NCBI GenBank assembly: GCA_964016885.1
Contig: OZ024743.1
Location: forward strand, 131,688,001 to 131,752,000
DNA from: Eledone cirrhosa
Taxonomy: Eukaryota
DNA length: 64,000 bases
Direction: 5' to 3'
Position 1 is the stretch's first letter, and each line of letters starts with the position of its first letter. Positions 37,180 to 49,737 of this stretch are shown here, piece by piece. Below the pieces are notes generated by a model. That model did no database searches, was not told the origin of the DNA, and was given only the letters and a program-made list of their open reading frames with translations. The translations under genes were made by a program, and so were the position numbers.

Positions 37180-40100
37180 GTGTTTGGTGCTTGGTGCTTG
37201 GTGCCTGGTGCTTGGTGCTTGGTGCTTGTTGTTTGGTGCTTGGTGCTTGGTGATTAGTGTTTGGTGCTTGGTGCTTGGGGTTTGCTGTTTGGTGCTTGGT
37301 GCTTGGTGTTTGGTGCTTGGTGCTTGGTGTTTGGTGTTTGATGCTTGGTGCTTGGTGTTTGGGTTTTGGTGCTTGGTGCTTGGTGTTTGGTGTTTGGTGC
37401 TTGGTGTTTGGTGCTTGGTGTTTGGTGCTGAGTGCTTGGTGTTTGGTGTTTGACGCTTGGTGTTTGATGCTTGTTGCTTGGTGCTTGGTGTTTTGTGTTT
37501 GGTGTTTGGTGCTTGGTGTATGTACTTGTTGCTTGGTTCTTGGTGTTTGGTGCTTGGTTCTTGGTGTTTGGTGATTGGTGCGTGGTGCTTGGTGTTTGGT
37601 GCTTGGTGATTGGTGTTTGGTACTTGGTGCTTGGTGTTTGGTTTTTGATGCTTGGTGTTTGATGCTTGGTGCTTGGTGCTTGGTGTTAAGTGTTTGGGGC
37701 TTGGTGCTTGGTGCATGGTGCTTGGTGTTTGGTGCTTGGTGCCTGGTGCTTGGTGTTTGGTGCTTGGTGCTTGGTGCTTGGTGTTTGGTGCTTGGTATTT
37801 GGTGCTTGGTGCTTGGTGTTTGGTGCTTGGTGTTTGGTGCTTGGTGTTCGGTGCTTGGTGCTTGGTGTTTGGTGCTTGGTGTTAGGTGATTGGTGCTTGG
37901 TGCTTGGTGTTTGATATTTGATCCTTGGTGCTTGGTGTTTGGTGCTTGGTGCTTGGTGTTTGGTGTTTGGTGCTTGCTGCTTGCTGCTTGGTGTTTGGTG
38001 CTTGGTGATTGGTGCTTGGTGTTGGGTACTTGGTGCTTGTTGTTTGGTGTTTGGTGCTAGGTGCTTGGTGCTTGGTGCTTGGGGTTTGGTGCTTGGTGCT
38101 TGGTGTTTGGTGTTTGGTGCTTGGTGCTTGGGGCTTGGTGTTTGGTGCTTTGTGCTTGGTGCTTGTTGTTTGTTGCTTGGTGCTTGGTGCTTCGTGTTTG
38201 GTGTTTGGTGTTTGGTGCTTGGTGTTTGGTGCTTGGTGGTTGGTGCTGGGTGGTTGGTGTTTGGTGCTTGGTGCTTGGTGTTTGGTGCTTGGTGCTTGGT
38301 GCTTGTTGTTTGGTGCTTGGTGCTTGGTGCTTGGTCTTTGGTGCTTGGAGTTTGGTGGTTGGTGCTTGGTGCTTGGTGTTTGGTGTTTGGTGTTTGCTGT
38401 TTGGTGTTTGCTGTTTGGTGTCTGCTTTTTGGTGTTTGGTGTTTGCTGTATGGTGTTTGCTGTTTCGTATTTGGTTTTTGCTGTTTGGTGTTTGGTGTTT
38501 GCTGTTTGGTGTTTGGTGTTTGGTGTTTGGTGCTTTGTGCTTGGTGCTTGGTGTTTGGTGTTTGGTGCTTGGTGCTTGGTGTTTGGTGCTTGGTGCTTGG
38601 TGTTTGGTGTTTGGTGCTTGGTGCCTGGTGCTTGTTGTATGCTGTTTGGTGCCTGGTGCTTGGTGTTTGGTGTTTGGTGTTTGGTGCTTGGTGTCTGGTG
38701 TTTGGTGTTTGGTGTTTGGTGCTTGGTGCTTGGTGTTTGGGTTTTGGTGCTTGGTGCTTGGTGTTTGGTGTTTGGTGCTTGGTGTTTGGTGCTTGGTGTT
38801 TGGTGCTGAGTGCTTGGTGTTTTGTGCTTGGTGCGTGGTGCTTGGTGTTTGGTGTTTGGTGCTTGGTTCTTGGTGTTTGGTGATTGGTGCTTGGGGCTTG
38901 GTGTTTGGTGCTTGGTGCTTGGTGTTTGGTACTTGGTGCTTGGTGTTTGGTTTTTGATGCTTGGTGTTTGATGCTTGGTGCTTGGTGCTTGGTGTTAAGT
39001 GTTTGGGGCTTGGTGCTTGTTGCATGGTGCTTGGTGTTTGGTGCTTGGTGCCTGGTGCTTGGTGTTTGGTGCTTGATGCTTGGTGCTTGGTGTTTGGTGC
39101 TTGGTATTTGGTGCTTGGTGCTTGGTGTTTGGTGCTTGGTGTTTGGTGCTTGGTGTTCGGTGCTTGGTGCTTGGTGTTTGGTGCTTGGTGTTAGGTGATT
39201 GGTGCTTGGTGCTTGGTGTTTTATGTTTGATCCTTGGTGCTTGGTGTTTGGTGCTTGGTGCTTGGTGTTTGGTGTTTGGTGCTTGGTGCCTGGTGCTTGT
39301 TGTATGCTGTTTGGTGCTTGGTGCTTGGTGTTTGGTGTTTGCTGCTTGTTGTCTGGTGTTTGGTGCTTGGTGTTTGGTGTTTGGTGCTTGGTGCTTGGTG
39401 CTTGGTATTTGGTGTTTGGTGCTTGGTGCTTGGTGTTTGTTGTTTGGTGCTGGGTGCTTGGAGTTTGGTTCTTGGTGCTTGGTGCTTAGTGCTTGGTGTT
39501 TGGTGTTTGGTGCTTGGTGTTGGGTGTTTGGTGTTTGATGCTTGGTGTGTGCTGCTTGGTGCTTGGTGCTTGGTGTTTTTTGTTTGGTGCTTGGTGCTTG
39601 GTGCCTGGTGCTTGGTGCTTGGTGCTTGTTGTTTGGTGCTTGGTGCTTGGTGATTAGTGTTTGGTGCTTGGTGCTTGGGGTTTGCTGTTTGGTGCTTGGT
39701 GCTTGGTGTTTGGTGTTTGGTGTTTGGTGCTTGGTGTCTGGTGTTTGGTGTTTGGTGTTTGGTGCTTGGTGCTTGGTGTTTGGGTTTTGGTGCTTGGTGC
39801 TTGGTGTTTGGTGTTTGGTGCTTGGTGTTTGGTGCTTGGTGTTTGGTGCGGAGTGCTTGGTGTTTTGTGCTTGGTGCGTGGTGCTTGGTGTTTGGTGTTT
39901 GGCGCTTGGTGCTTGGTGTTTGGTGTTTGATGCTTGGTGTTTGATGCTTGTTGCTTGGTGCTTGGTGTTTTGTGTTTGGTGTTTCGTGCTTGGTGTATGT
40001 ACTTGTTGCTTGGTTCTTGGTGTTTGGTGCTTGGTTCTTGGTGTTTGGTGATTGGTGCTTGGTGCTTGGTGTTTGGTGCTTGGTGCTTGGTGTTTGGTAC

Positions 40101-43100
40101 TTGGTGCTTGGTGTTTGGTTTTTGATGCTTGGTGTTTGATGCTTGGTGCTTGGTGCTTGGTGTTTAAGTGTTTGGGGCTTGGTGCTTGGTGCATGGTGCT
40201 TGGTGTTTGGTGCTTGGTGCCTGGTGCTTGGTGTTTGGTGCTTGGTGCTTGGTGCTTGGTGTTTGGTGCTTGGTATTTGGTGCTTGGTGCTTGGTGTTTG
40301 GTGCTTGGTGTTTGGTGCTTGGTGTTCGGTGCTTGGTGCTTGGTGTTTGGTGCTTGGTGTTAGGTGATTGGTGCTTGGTGCTTGGTGTTTGATGTTTGAT
40401 CCTTGGTGCTTGGTGTTTGGTGCTTGGTGCTTGGTGTTTGGTGTTTGGTGCTTGTTGCTTGCTGCTTGGTGTTTGGTGCTTGGTGATTGGTGCTTGGTGT
40501 TGGGTACTTGGTGCTTGTTGTTTGGTGTTTGGTGCTAGGTGCTTGGTGCTTGGTGCTTGGGGTTTGGTGCTTGGTGCTTGGTGTTTGGTGTTTGGTGCTT
40601 GGTGCTTGGGGCTTGGTGTTTGGTGCTTTGTGCTTGGTGCTTGGTGTTTGGTGCTTGGTGCTTGGTGCTTCGTGTTTGGTGTTTGGTGTTTGGTGCTTGG
40701 TGTTTGGTGCTTGGTGCTTGGTGCTGGGTGGTTGGTGTTTGGTGCTTGGTGCTTGGTGTTTGGTGCTTGGTGGTTGGTGCTTGGGGTTTGGTGCTTGGTG
40801 CTTGGTGCTTGGTGCTTGGTCTTTGGTGCTTGGTGTTTGGTGTTTGGTGCTTGGTGCTTGGTGTTTGATGCTTGGTGCTTGGTGATTGGTGTTTGGTGCT
40901 TGGTGCTTGGTGCTTGGTGATTAGTGTTTGGTGCTTGGTGCTTGGTGCCTGGTGCTTGGTGCTTGGTGCTTGTTGTTTGATGCTTGGTGCTTGGTGATTA
41001 GTGTTTGGTGCTTGGTGCTTGGGGTTTGGTGTTTGGTGCTTGGGGTTTGGTGTTTGGTGCTTGGTGCTTGGTGTTTGGTGCTTGGTGCTTGGTGTTTGGT
41101 GCTTGGTGCTTTGTGTTTGATGCTTGGTGTTTGGTGCTTGGTGCTTGATGCTTGGTGCTTGGTGTTAGGTGTTTGGTGCTTGGTGCTTGGTGCCTGGTGC
41201 TTGGTGCTTGGTGCTTGTTGTTTGGTGCTTGGTGCTTGGTGATTAGTGTTTGGTGCTTGGTGCTTGGGGTTTGCTGTTTGGTGCTTGGTGCTTGGTGTTT
41301 GGTGCTTGGTGCTTGGTGTTTGGTGTTTGGTGCTTGGTGCTTGGTGTTTGGGTTTTGGTGCTTGGTGCTTGCTGTTTGGTGTTTGGTGCTTGGTGTTCGG
41401 TGCTTGGTGTTTGGTGCTGAGTGCTTGGTGTTTGGTGTTTGGCGCTTGGTGTTTGATGCTTGTTGCTTGGTGCTTGGTGTTTTGTGTTTGGTGTTTGGTG
41501 CTTGGTGTATGTACTTGGTGCTTGGTTCTTGGTGTTTGGTGCTTGGTTCTTGGTGTTTGGTGATTGGTGCTTGGTGCTTGGTGTTTGGTGCTTGGTGCTT
41601 GGTGTTTGGTACTTGGTGCTTGGTGTTTGGTTTTTGATGCTTGGTGTTTGATGCTTGGTGCTTGGTGCTTGGTGTTAAGTGTTTGGGGCTTGGTGCTTGG
41701 TGCATGGTGCTTGGTGTTTGGTGCTTGGTGCCTGGTGCTTGGTGTTTGGTGCTTGGTGCTTGGTGCTTGGTGTTTGGTGCTTGGTATTTGGTGCTTGGTG
41801 CTTGGTGTTTGGTGCTTGGTGTTCGGTGCTTGGAGCTTGGTGTTTGGTGCTTGGTGTTAGGTGATTGGTGCTTGGTGCTTGGTGTTTGATGTTTGATCCT
41901 TGGTGCTTGGTGTTTGGTGCTTGGTGCTTGGTGTTTGGTGTTTGGTGCTTGCTGCTTGCTGCTTGGTGTTTGGTGCTTGGTGATTGGTGCTTGGTGTTGG
42001 GTACTTGGTGCTTGTTGTTTGGTGTTTGGTGCTAGGTGCTTGGTGCTTGGTGCTTGGGGTTTGGTGCTTGGTGCTTGGTGTTTGGTGTTCGGTGCTTGGT
42101 GCTTGGGGCTTGATGTTTGGTGCTTTGTGCTTGGTGCTTGTTGTTTGTTGCTTGGTGCTTGGTGCTTCGTGTTTGGTGTTTGGTGTTTGGTGCTTGGTGT
42201 TTGGTGCTTGGTGGTTGGTGCTGGGTGGTTGGTGTTTGGTGCTTGGTGCTTGGTGTTTGGTGCTTGGTGCTTGGTGCTTGTTGTTTGGTGCTTGGTGCTT
42301 GGTGCTTGGTCTTTGGTGCTTGGAGTTTGGTGGTTGGTGCTTGGTGCTTGGTGTTTGGTGTTTGGTGTTTGCTGTTTGGTGTTTGCTGTTTGGTGTCTGC
42401 TTTTTGGTGTTTGGTGTTTGCTGTATGGCGTTTGCTGTTTCGTATTTGGTTTTTGCTGTTTGGTGTTTGGTGTTTGCTGTTTGGTGTTTGGTGTTTGGTG
42501 TTTGGTGCTTTGTGCTTGGTGCTTGGTGTTTGGTGTTTGGTGCTTGGTGCTTGGTGTTTGGTGCTTGGTGCTTGGTGTTTGGTGTTTGGTGCTTGATGCC
42601 TGGTGCTTGTTGTATGCTGTTTGGTGCCTGGTGCTTGGTGTTTGGTGTTTGGTGTTTGGTGCTTGGTGTCTGGTGTTTGGTGTTTGGTGTTTGGTGCTTG
42701 GTGCTTGGTGTTTGGGTTTTGGTGCTTGGTGCTTGGTGTTTGGTGTTTGGTGCTTGGTGTTTGGTGCTTGGTGTTTGGTGCTGAGTGCTTGGTGTTTTGT
42801 GCTTGGTGCGTGGTGCTTGGTGTTTGGTGCTTGGTTCTTGGTGTTTGGTGATTGGTGCTTGGGGCTTGGTGTTTGGTGCTTGGTGCTTGGTGTTTGGTAC
42901 TTGGTGCTTGGTGTTTGGTTTTTGATGCTTGGTGTTTGATGCTTGGTGCTTGGTGCTTGGTGTTAAGTGTTTGGGGCTTGGTGCTTGTTGCATGGTGCTT
43001 GGTGTTTGGTGCTTGGTGCCTGGTGCTTGGTGTTTGGTGCTTGATGCTTGGTGCTTGGTGTTTGGTGCTTGGTATTTGGTGCTTGGTGCTTGGTGTTTGG

Positions 43101-45160
43101 TGCTTGGTGTTTGGTGCTTGGTGTTCGGTGCTTGGTGCTTGGTGTTTGGTGCTTGGTGTTAGGTGATTGGTGCTTGGTGCTTGGTGTTTTATGTTTGATC
43201 CTTGGTGCTTGGTGTTTGGTGCTTGGTGCTTGGTGTTTGGTGTTTGGTGCTTGGTGCCTGGTGCTTGTTGTATGCTGTTTGGTGCTTGGTGCTTGGTGTT
43301 TGGTGTTTGCTGCTTGTTGTCTGGTGTTTGGTGCTTGGTGTTTGGTGTTTGGTGCTTGGTGCTTGGTGCTTGGTATTTGGTGTTTGGTGCTTGGTGCTTG
43401 GTGTTTGTTGTTTGGTGCTGGGTGCTTGGAGTTTGGTTCTTGGTGCTTGGTGCTTAGTGCTTGGTGTTTGGTGTTTGGTGCTTGGTGTTGGGTGTTTGGT
43501 GTTTGATGCTTGGTGTGTGCTGCTTGGTGCTTGGTGCTTGGTGTTTTTTGTTTGGTGCTTGGTGCTTGGTGCCTGGTGCTTGGTGCTTGGTGCTTGTTGT
43601 TTGGTGCTTGGTGCTTGGTGATTAGTGTTTGGTGCTTGGTGCTTGGGGTTTGCTGTTTGGTGCTTGGTGCTTGGTGTTTGGTGTTTGGTGTTTGGTGCTT
43701 GGTGTCTGGTGTTTGGTGTTTGGTGTTTGGTGCTTGGTGCTTGGTGTTTGGGTTTTGGTGCTTGGTGCTTGGTGTTTGGTGTTTGGTGCTTGGTGTTTGG
43801 TGCTTGGTGTTTGGTGCGGAGTGCTTGGTGTTTTGTGCTTGGTGCGTGGTGCTTGGTGTTTGGTGTTTGGCGCTTGGTGCTTGGTGTTTGGTGTTTGATG
43901 CTTGGTGTTTGATGCTTGTTGCTTGGTGCTTGGTGTTTTGTGTTTGGTGTTTCGTGCTTGGTGTATGTACTTGTTGCTTGGTTCTTGGTGTTTGGTGCTT
44001 GGTTCTTGGTGTTTGGTGATTGGTGCTTGGTGCTTGGTGTTTGGTGCTTGGTGCTTGGTGTTTGGTACTTGGTGCTTGGTGTTTGGTTTTTGATGCTTGG
44101 TGTTTGATGCTTGGTGCTTGGTGCTTGGTGTTTAAGTGTTTGGGGCTTGGTGCTTGGTGCATGGTGCTTGGTGTTTGGTGCTTGGTGCCTGGTGCTTGGT
44201 GTTTGGTGCTTGGTGCTTGGTGCTTGGTGTTTGGTGCTTGGTATTTGGTGCTTGGTGCTTGGTGTTTGGTGCTTGGTGTTTGGTGCTTGGTGTTCGGTGC
44301 TTGGTGCTTGGTGTTTGGTGCTTGGTGTTAGGTGATTGGTGCTTGGTGCTTGGTGTTTGATGTTTGATCCTTGGTGCTTGGTGTTTGGTGCTTGGTGCTT
44401 GGTGTTTGGTGTTTGGTGCTTGTTGCTTGCTGCTTGGTGTTTGGTGATTGGTGATTGGTGCTTGGTGTTGGGTACTTGGTGCTTGTTGTTTGGTGTTTGG
44501 TGCTAGGTGCTTGGTGCTTGGTGCTTGGGGTTTGGTGCTTGGTGCTTGGTGTTTGGTGTTTGGTGCTTGGTGCTTGGGGCTTGGTGTTTGGTGCTTTGTG
44601 CTTGGTGCTTGGTGTTTGGTGCTTGGTGCTTGGTGCTTCGTGTTTGGTGTTTGTGGTTTGGTGCTTGGTGTTTGGTGCTTGGTGCTTGGTGCTGGGTGGT
44701 TGGTGTTTGGTGCTTGGTGCTTGGTGTTTGGTGCTTGGTGGTTGGTACTTGGGGTTTGTTGCTTGGTGCTTGGTGCTTGGTGCTTGGTCTTTGGTGCTTG
44801 GTGTTTGGTGTTTGGTGCTTGGTGCTTGGTGTTTGATGCTTGTTGCTTGGTGATTGGTGTTTGGTGCTTGGTGCTTGGTGCTTGGTGATTAGTGTTTGGT
44901 GCTTGGTGCTTGGTGCCTGGTGCTTGGTGCTTGGTGCTTGTTGTTTGATGCTTGGTGCTTGGTGATTAGTGTTTGGTGCTTGGTGCTTGGGGTTTGGTGT
45001 TTGGTGCTTGGGGTTTGGTGTTTGGTGCTTGGTGCTTGGTGTTTGGTGCTTGGTGCTTGGTGTTTGGTGCTTGGTGCTTTGTGTTTGATGCTTGGTGTTT
45101 GGTGCTTGGTGCTTGATGCTTGGTGCTTGGTGTTAGGTGTTTGGTGCTTGGTGCTTGGTG
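37180..45160 (+). repeat. Tandem duplication, period about 3.97-3.99 kb (3989 -> 3975 -> 3968)
   Basis: ORF pairs 37575/41564 (3989), 37918/41893 (3975), and 38884/42852, 38995/42963, 40928/44896 (3968). The offsets differ only by multiples of 7. Confidence 0.92.
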
Positions 45161-48100
45161 TTTGATGTTTGGTCCTTGGTGCTTGGTGTTTGGTGTTTGG
45201 TGCTTGGTGCTAGGTGTTTTGTGTGTGGTGCTTGCTGCTTGGTGCTTGGTGTTTTGTGTTAGGAGTTTGGTGCTTGATGTTTGGTGCTTCGGTGTTGGTG
45301 CTTGGTGTTTGGTGTTTGGTGTTTGGTGTATGGTGCTTGGTGCTTGGTGTTTGGTGCTTCGTGCTTGGTGCTTGGTGTTTGGTGCATGGTGCTTGGTGTT
45401 TGGGGCTTGGTGCCTGGTGCTTTGTGTTTGCTGCTAGGTGCTTGGTGCTTGGTGTTAGGCGTTTGGTGCTTGGTGCTTGGTGTTTGATGTTTGGTCCTTG
45501 GTGCTTGGTGTTTGGTATTTGGTGCTTGGTGCTTGGTGTTTGGTGTTTGGTGCTTGCTGCTTGCTGCTTGGTGTTTGGTGCTTGGTGATTGGTGCTTGGT
45601 GTTTTGTGCTTGGTGCTTGGTGTTTGGTGTTTGGTGCTAGGGGCTTGGTGCTTGGTGCTTGGTGTTTGGTGCTTGGTGCTTGGTGTTTGGTGTTTGGTGC
45701 TTGGTGCGTGGGACTTGGTGTTTGGTGCTTGGTGTTTGGTGCTTGGTGTTTGGTGCTTGGTGCTTGGTCCTTGGTGTTTGGTGTTTGGTGCTTGGTATTT
45801 GGTGATTGGTGCTTGGTGCTTGGTGTTTGGTGCTTGGTGCTTGGTGTTTGGTACTTGGTGCTTGGTGTTTGGTCTTTGGTGCTTGGTGTTTGGTGCTTGG
45901 TGCTTGGTGCTTGGTGCTTGGTGTTAAGTGTTTGGGGCTTGGTGCTTGGTGCATGGTGCTTGGTGTTTGGTGCTTGGTGCCTGGTGCTTGGTGTTTGTTG
46001 CTTGGTGCTTGGTGCTTTGTGTTTGGTGCTTTGTGTTTGGTGCTTGGTGCTTGGTGTTTGGTGCTTGGTGTTTGGTGCTTGGTGTTCGGTGCTTGGTGCT
46101 TGGTGCTTGGTGCTTGGTGTTAGGTGTTTGGTGCTTGGTGCTTGGTGTTTGATGTTTGGTCCTTGGTGCTTGGTGTTTGGTGCTTGGTGCTTGGTGTTTG
46201 GTGTTTGGTGCTTGCTGCTTGGTGCTTGGTGCTTGTTGTTTGGTGCTTGGTGCTTGGTCTTTGGTGCTTGGTGTTTGGTGTTTGGTGCTTGGTGCTTGGT
46301 GCTTGGTTTTTGGTGCATGGTGCTTGGTGCTTGGTGTTTGGTGCTTGGTGCTTGGTGCTTGTTGTTTGGTGCTTGGTGCTTGGTCTTTGGTGCTTGGTGT
46401 TTGGTGTTTGGGGCTTGGTGCTTGGTGTTTGGTGCTTGGTGCCTGGTGCTTGGTGTTTGGTGCTTGGTGCTTGGTGTTTGGTGATTGGTGCTTGGTGCTT
46501 GGTGCTTAGTGCTTGGTGTTTGGTGTTTGGTGCTTGGTGTTTGGTGTTTGATGCTTGGTGCTTGGTGCTTGGTGCTTGGTGCTTGGTGTTCTGTGTTTGG
46601 TGCTTGGTGCTTGGTGCTTGTTGTTTGGTGCTTGGTGCTTGGTGATTAGTCTTTGGTGCTTGGTGCTTGGTATTTGGTGTTTGGTGTTTCGTGATTGGGG
46701 TCTAGTGTTTGGGTTTTGGTGTTTGGTGCTTGGTGCTTAGTGTTTGGTGTTTGGTGCTTGGTGCTTGGTGTTTGGTGTTTGGTGTTTGGTGCTTGGTGCT
46801 TGGTGCTTTGTGCTTAGTGTTTGGTGCTGGGTGTATGGTGTTTGGTGCTTGGTGCTTGGTGCTTGGTGTTTGTTGTTTGGTGCTTGGTACTTGGTGTTTG
46901 GTGTTTGATGCTTGGTGTTTGATGCTTGTTGCTTGGTGCTTGGTGTTTTGTGTTTGGTGTTTGGTGCTTGGTGTATGTACTTGGTGCTTGGTGTTTGGTG
47001 CTTGGTTCTTGGTGTTTGGTGCTTGGTGCTTGGTGCTTGGTGTTTGGTGCTTGGTGCTTGGTGTTTGGTGCTTGGTGTTTGGTGTTTGGTGCTTGGTGTT
47101 TGATACTTGGTGCTTGGTGCTTGGTGTTCAGTGTTTGGTGCTTGGTGTTTGGTGCTTCGTGCTTGGTGCTTGGTGTTTGGTGCATGGTGCTTGTTGTTTG
47201 GGGCTTGGTGCCTGGTGCTTTGTGTTTGGTGCTAGGTGCTTGGTCTTTGGTGTTTGGTGCTTGGTACTTGGTGCTTGGTGTTTGGTGCTTGGTGCTTGGT
47301 GCTTGGTTATTAGTGTTTGGTGTTTGGTGCTTGGCGCTTGGTGTTTGGTGCTTGGTGCTTGGTGCTTGGTGTTTGGTGTTTGGTGCTTGCTGCTTGGTGC
47401 TTGGTGTTTGGTGCTTGGTGCTTGGTGCTTGGTGTTTGGTGCTTGGTGCTTGCTGTTTGGTGTTTGGTCTTTGGTGCTTGGTGCTTGGTGTTTGGTGTTT
47501 GGTGTTTGGTGTTTGGTGTTTGGTGCTTGGTGCTTGGTGTTTGGTGCTTGGTGTTTGGTGCTTGGTGTATGTACTTGGTGCTTGGTGCTTGGTGTTTGGT
47601 GCTTGGTTCTTGGTGTTTGGTGCTTGGTGCTTGGTGCTTGGTGTTTGGTGCTTGGTGCTTGGTGTTTGGTACTTGGTGCTTGGTGTTTGGTGTTTGGTGT
47701 TTGGTGTTTGGTGCTTGGTGCTTGGTGCTTGGTGTTAAGTGTTTGGTGCTTGGTGCTTCGTGTTTGGTGCTTCGTGCTTGGTGCTTGGTGTTTGGTGCTT
47801 GGTGCTTGGTGCTTGATGTTTGGGGCTTGGTGCCTGGTGCTTGGTGTTTGGTGCTTGGTGCTTGGTGCTTGGTGTTTCGTGTTTGGTGCTTGGTGCTTGG
47901 TGTTTGGTGCTTGGTGTTTGGTGCTTGGTGTTCGGTGCTTGGTGCTTGGTGCTTGGTACTTGGTGTTAGGTTTTTGGTGCTTGGAGCTTGGTGTTTGGTG
48001 TTTGGTGCTTGGTGCTTGGTGTTTGGTGTTTGGTGCTTGGTGTTTGGTGTTTGGTGCTTTGTGCTTGGTGTTTGGTGCTGGGTGTATGGTGTTTGGTGCT

Positions 48101-49737
48101 TGGTGCTTGGTGCTTGGTGTTTGGTGTTTGGTGCTTGGTGTTTGGTGTTTGGTGCTTGGTGTTTGGTACTTGGTGCTTGGTGCTTGGTACTTGGTGTTTG
48201 GTGTTTGATGCTTGGTGTTTGATGCTTGTTGCTTGGTGCTTGGTGTATGTACTTGGTGCTTGGTGATTGGTGTTTGGTGCTTGGTGTTTGGTGCTGAGTG
48301 CTTGGTGTTTGGTGTTTGACGCTTGGTGTTTGATGCTTGTTGCTTGGTGCTTGGTGTTTTGTGTTTGGTGTTTGGTGCTTGGTGTATGTACTTGGTGCTT
48401 GGTTCTTGGTGTTTGGTGCTTGGTTCTTGGTGTTTGGTGATTGGTGCTTGGTGCTTGGTGTTTGGTGCTTGGTGCTTGGTGTTTGGTACTTGGTGCTTGG
48501 TGTTTGGTTTTTGATGCTTGGTGTTTGATGCTTGGTGCTTGGTGCTTGGTGTTAAGTGTTTGGGGCTTGGTGCTTGGTGCATGGTGCTTGGTGTTTGGTG
48601 CTTGGTGCCTGGTGCTTGGTGTTTGGTGTTTGGTGCTTGGTATTTGGTGCTTGGTGCTTGGTGTTTGGTGCTTGGTGTTTGGTGCTTGGTGTTCGGTGCT
48701 TGGTGCTTGGTGTTTGGTGCTTGGTGTTAGGTGATTGGTGCTTGGTGCTTGGTGTTTGATGTTTGATCCTTGGTGCTTGGTGTTTGGTGCTTGGTGCTTG
48801 GTGTTTGGTGTTTGGTGCTTGCTGCTTGCTGCTTGGTGTTTGGTGCTTGGTGATTGGTGCTTGGTGTTGGGTACTTGGTGCTTGTTGTTTGGTGTTTGGT
48901 GCTAGGTGCTTGGTGCTTGGTGCTTGGGGTTTGGTGCTTGGTGCTTGGTGTTTGGTGTTTGGTGCTTGGTGCTTGGGGCTTGGTGTTTGGTGCTTTGTGC
49001 TTGGTGCTTGTTGTTTGTTGCTTGGTGCTTGGTGCTTCGTGTTTGGTGTTTGGTGTTTGGTGCTTGGTGTTTGGTGCTTGGTGGTTGGTGCTGGGTGGTT
49101 GGTGTTTGGTGCTTGGTGCTTGGTGTTTGGTGCTTGGTGCTTGGTGCTTGTTGTTTGGTGCTTGGTGCTTGGTGCTTGGTCTTTGGTGCTTGGAGTTTGG
49201 TGGTTGGTGCTTGGTGCTTGGTGTTTGGTGTTTGGTGTTTGCTGTTTGGTGTTTGCTGTTTGGTGTCTGCTTTTTGGTGTTTGGTGTTTGCTGTATGGTG
49301 TTTGCTGTTTCGTATTTGGTTTTTGCTGTTTGGTGTTTGGTGTTTGGTGTTTGGTGCTTTGTGCTTGGTGCTTGGTGTTTGGTGTTTGGTGCTTGGTGCT
49401 TGGTGTTTGGTGCTTGGTGCTTGGTGTTTGGTGTTTGGTGCTTGGTGCCTGGTGCTTGTTGTATGCTGTTTGGTGCCTGGTGCTTGGTGTTTGGTGTTTG
49501 GTGTTTGGTGCTTGGTGTCTGGTGTTTGGTGTTTGGTGTTTGGTGCTTGGTGCTTGGTGTTTGGGTTTTGGTGCTTGGTGCTTGGTGTTTGGTGTTTGGT
49601 GCTTGGTGTTTGGTGCTTGGTGTTTGGTGCTGAGTGCTTGGTGTTTTGTGCTTGGTGCGTGGTGCTTGGTGTTTGGTGTTTGGTGCTTGGTGCTTGGTGT
49701 TTGGTGTTTGATGCTTGGTGTTTGATGCTTGTTGCTT

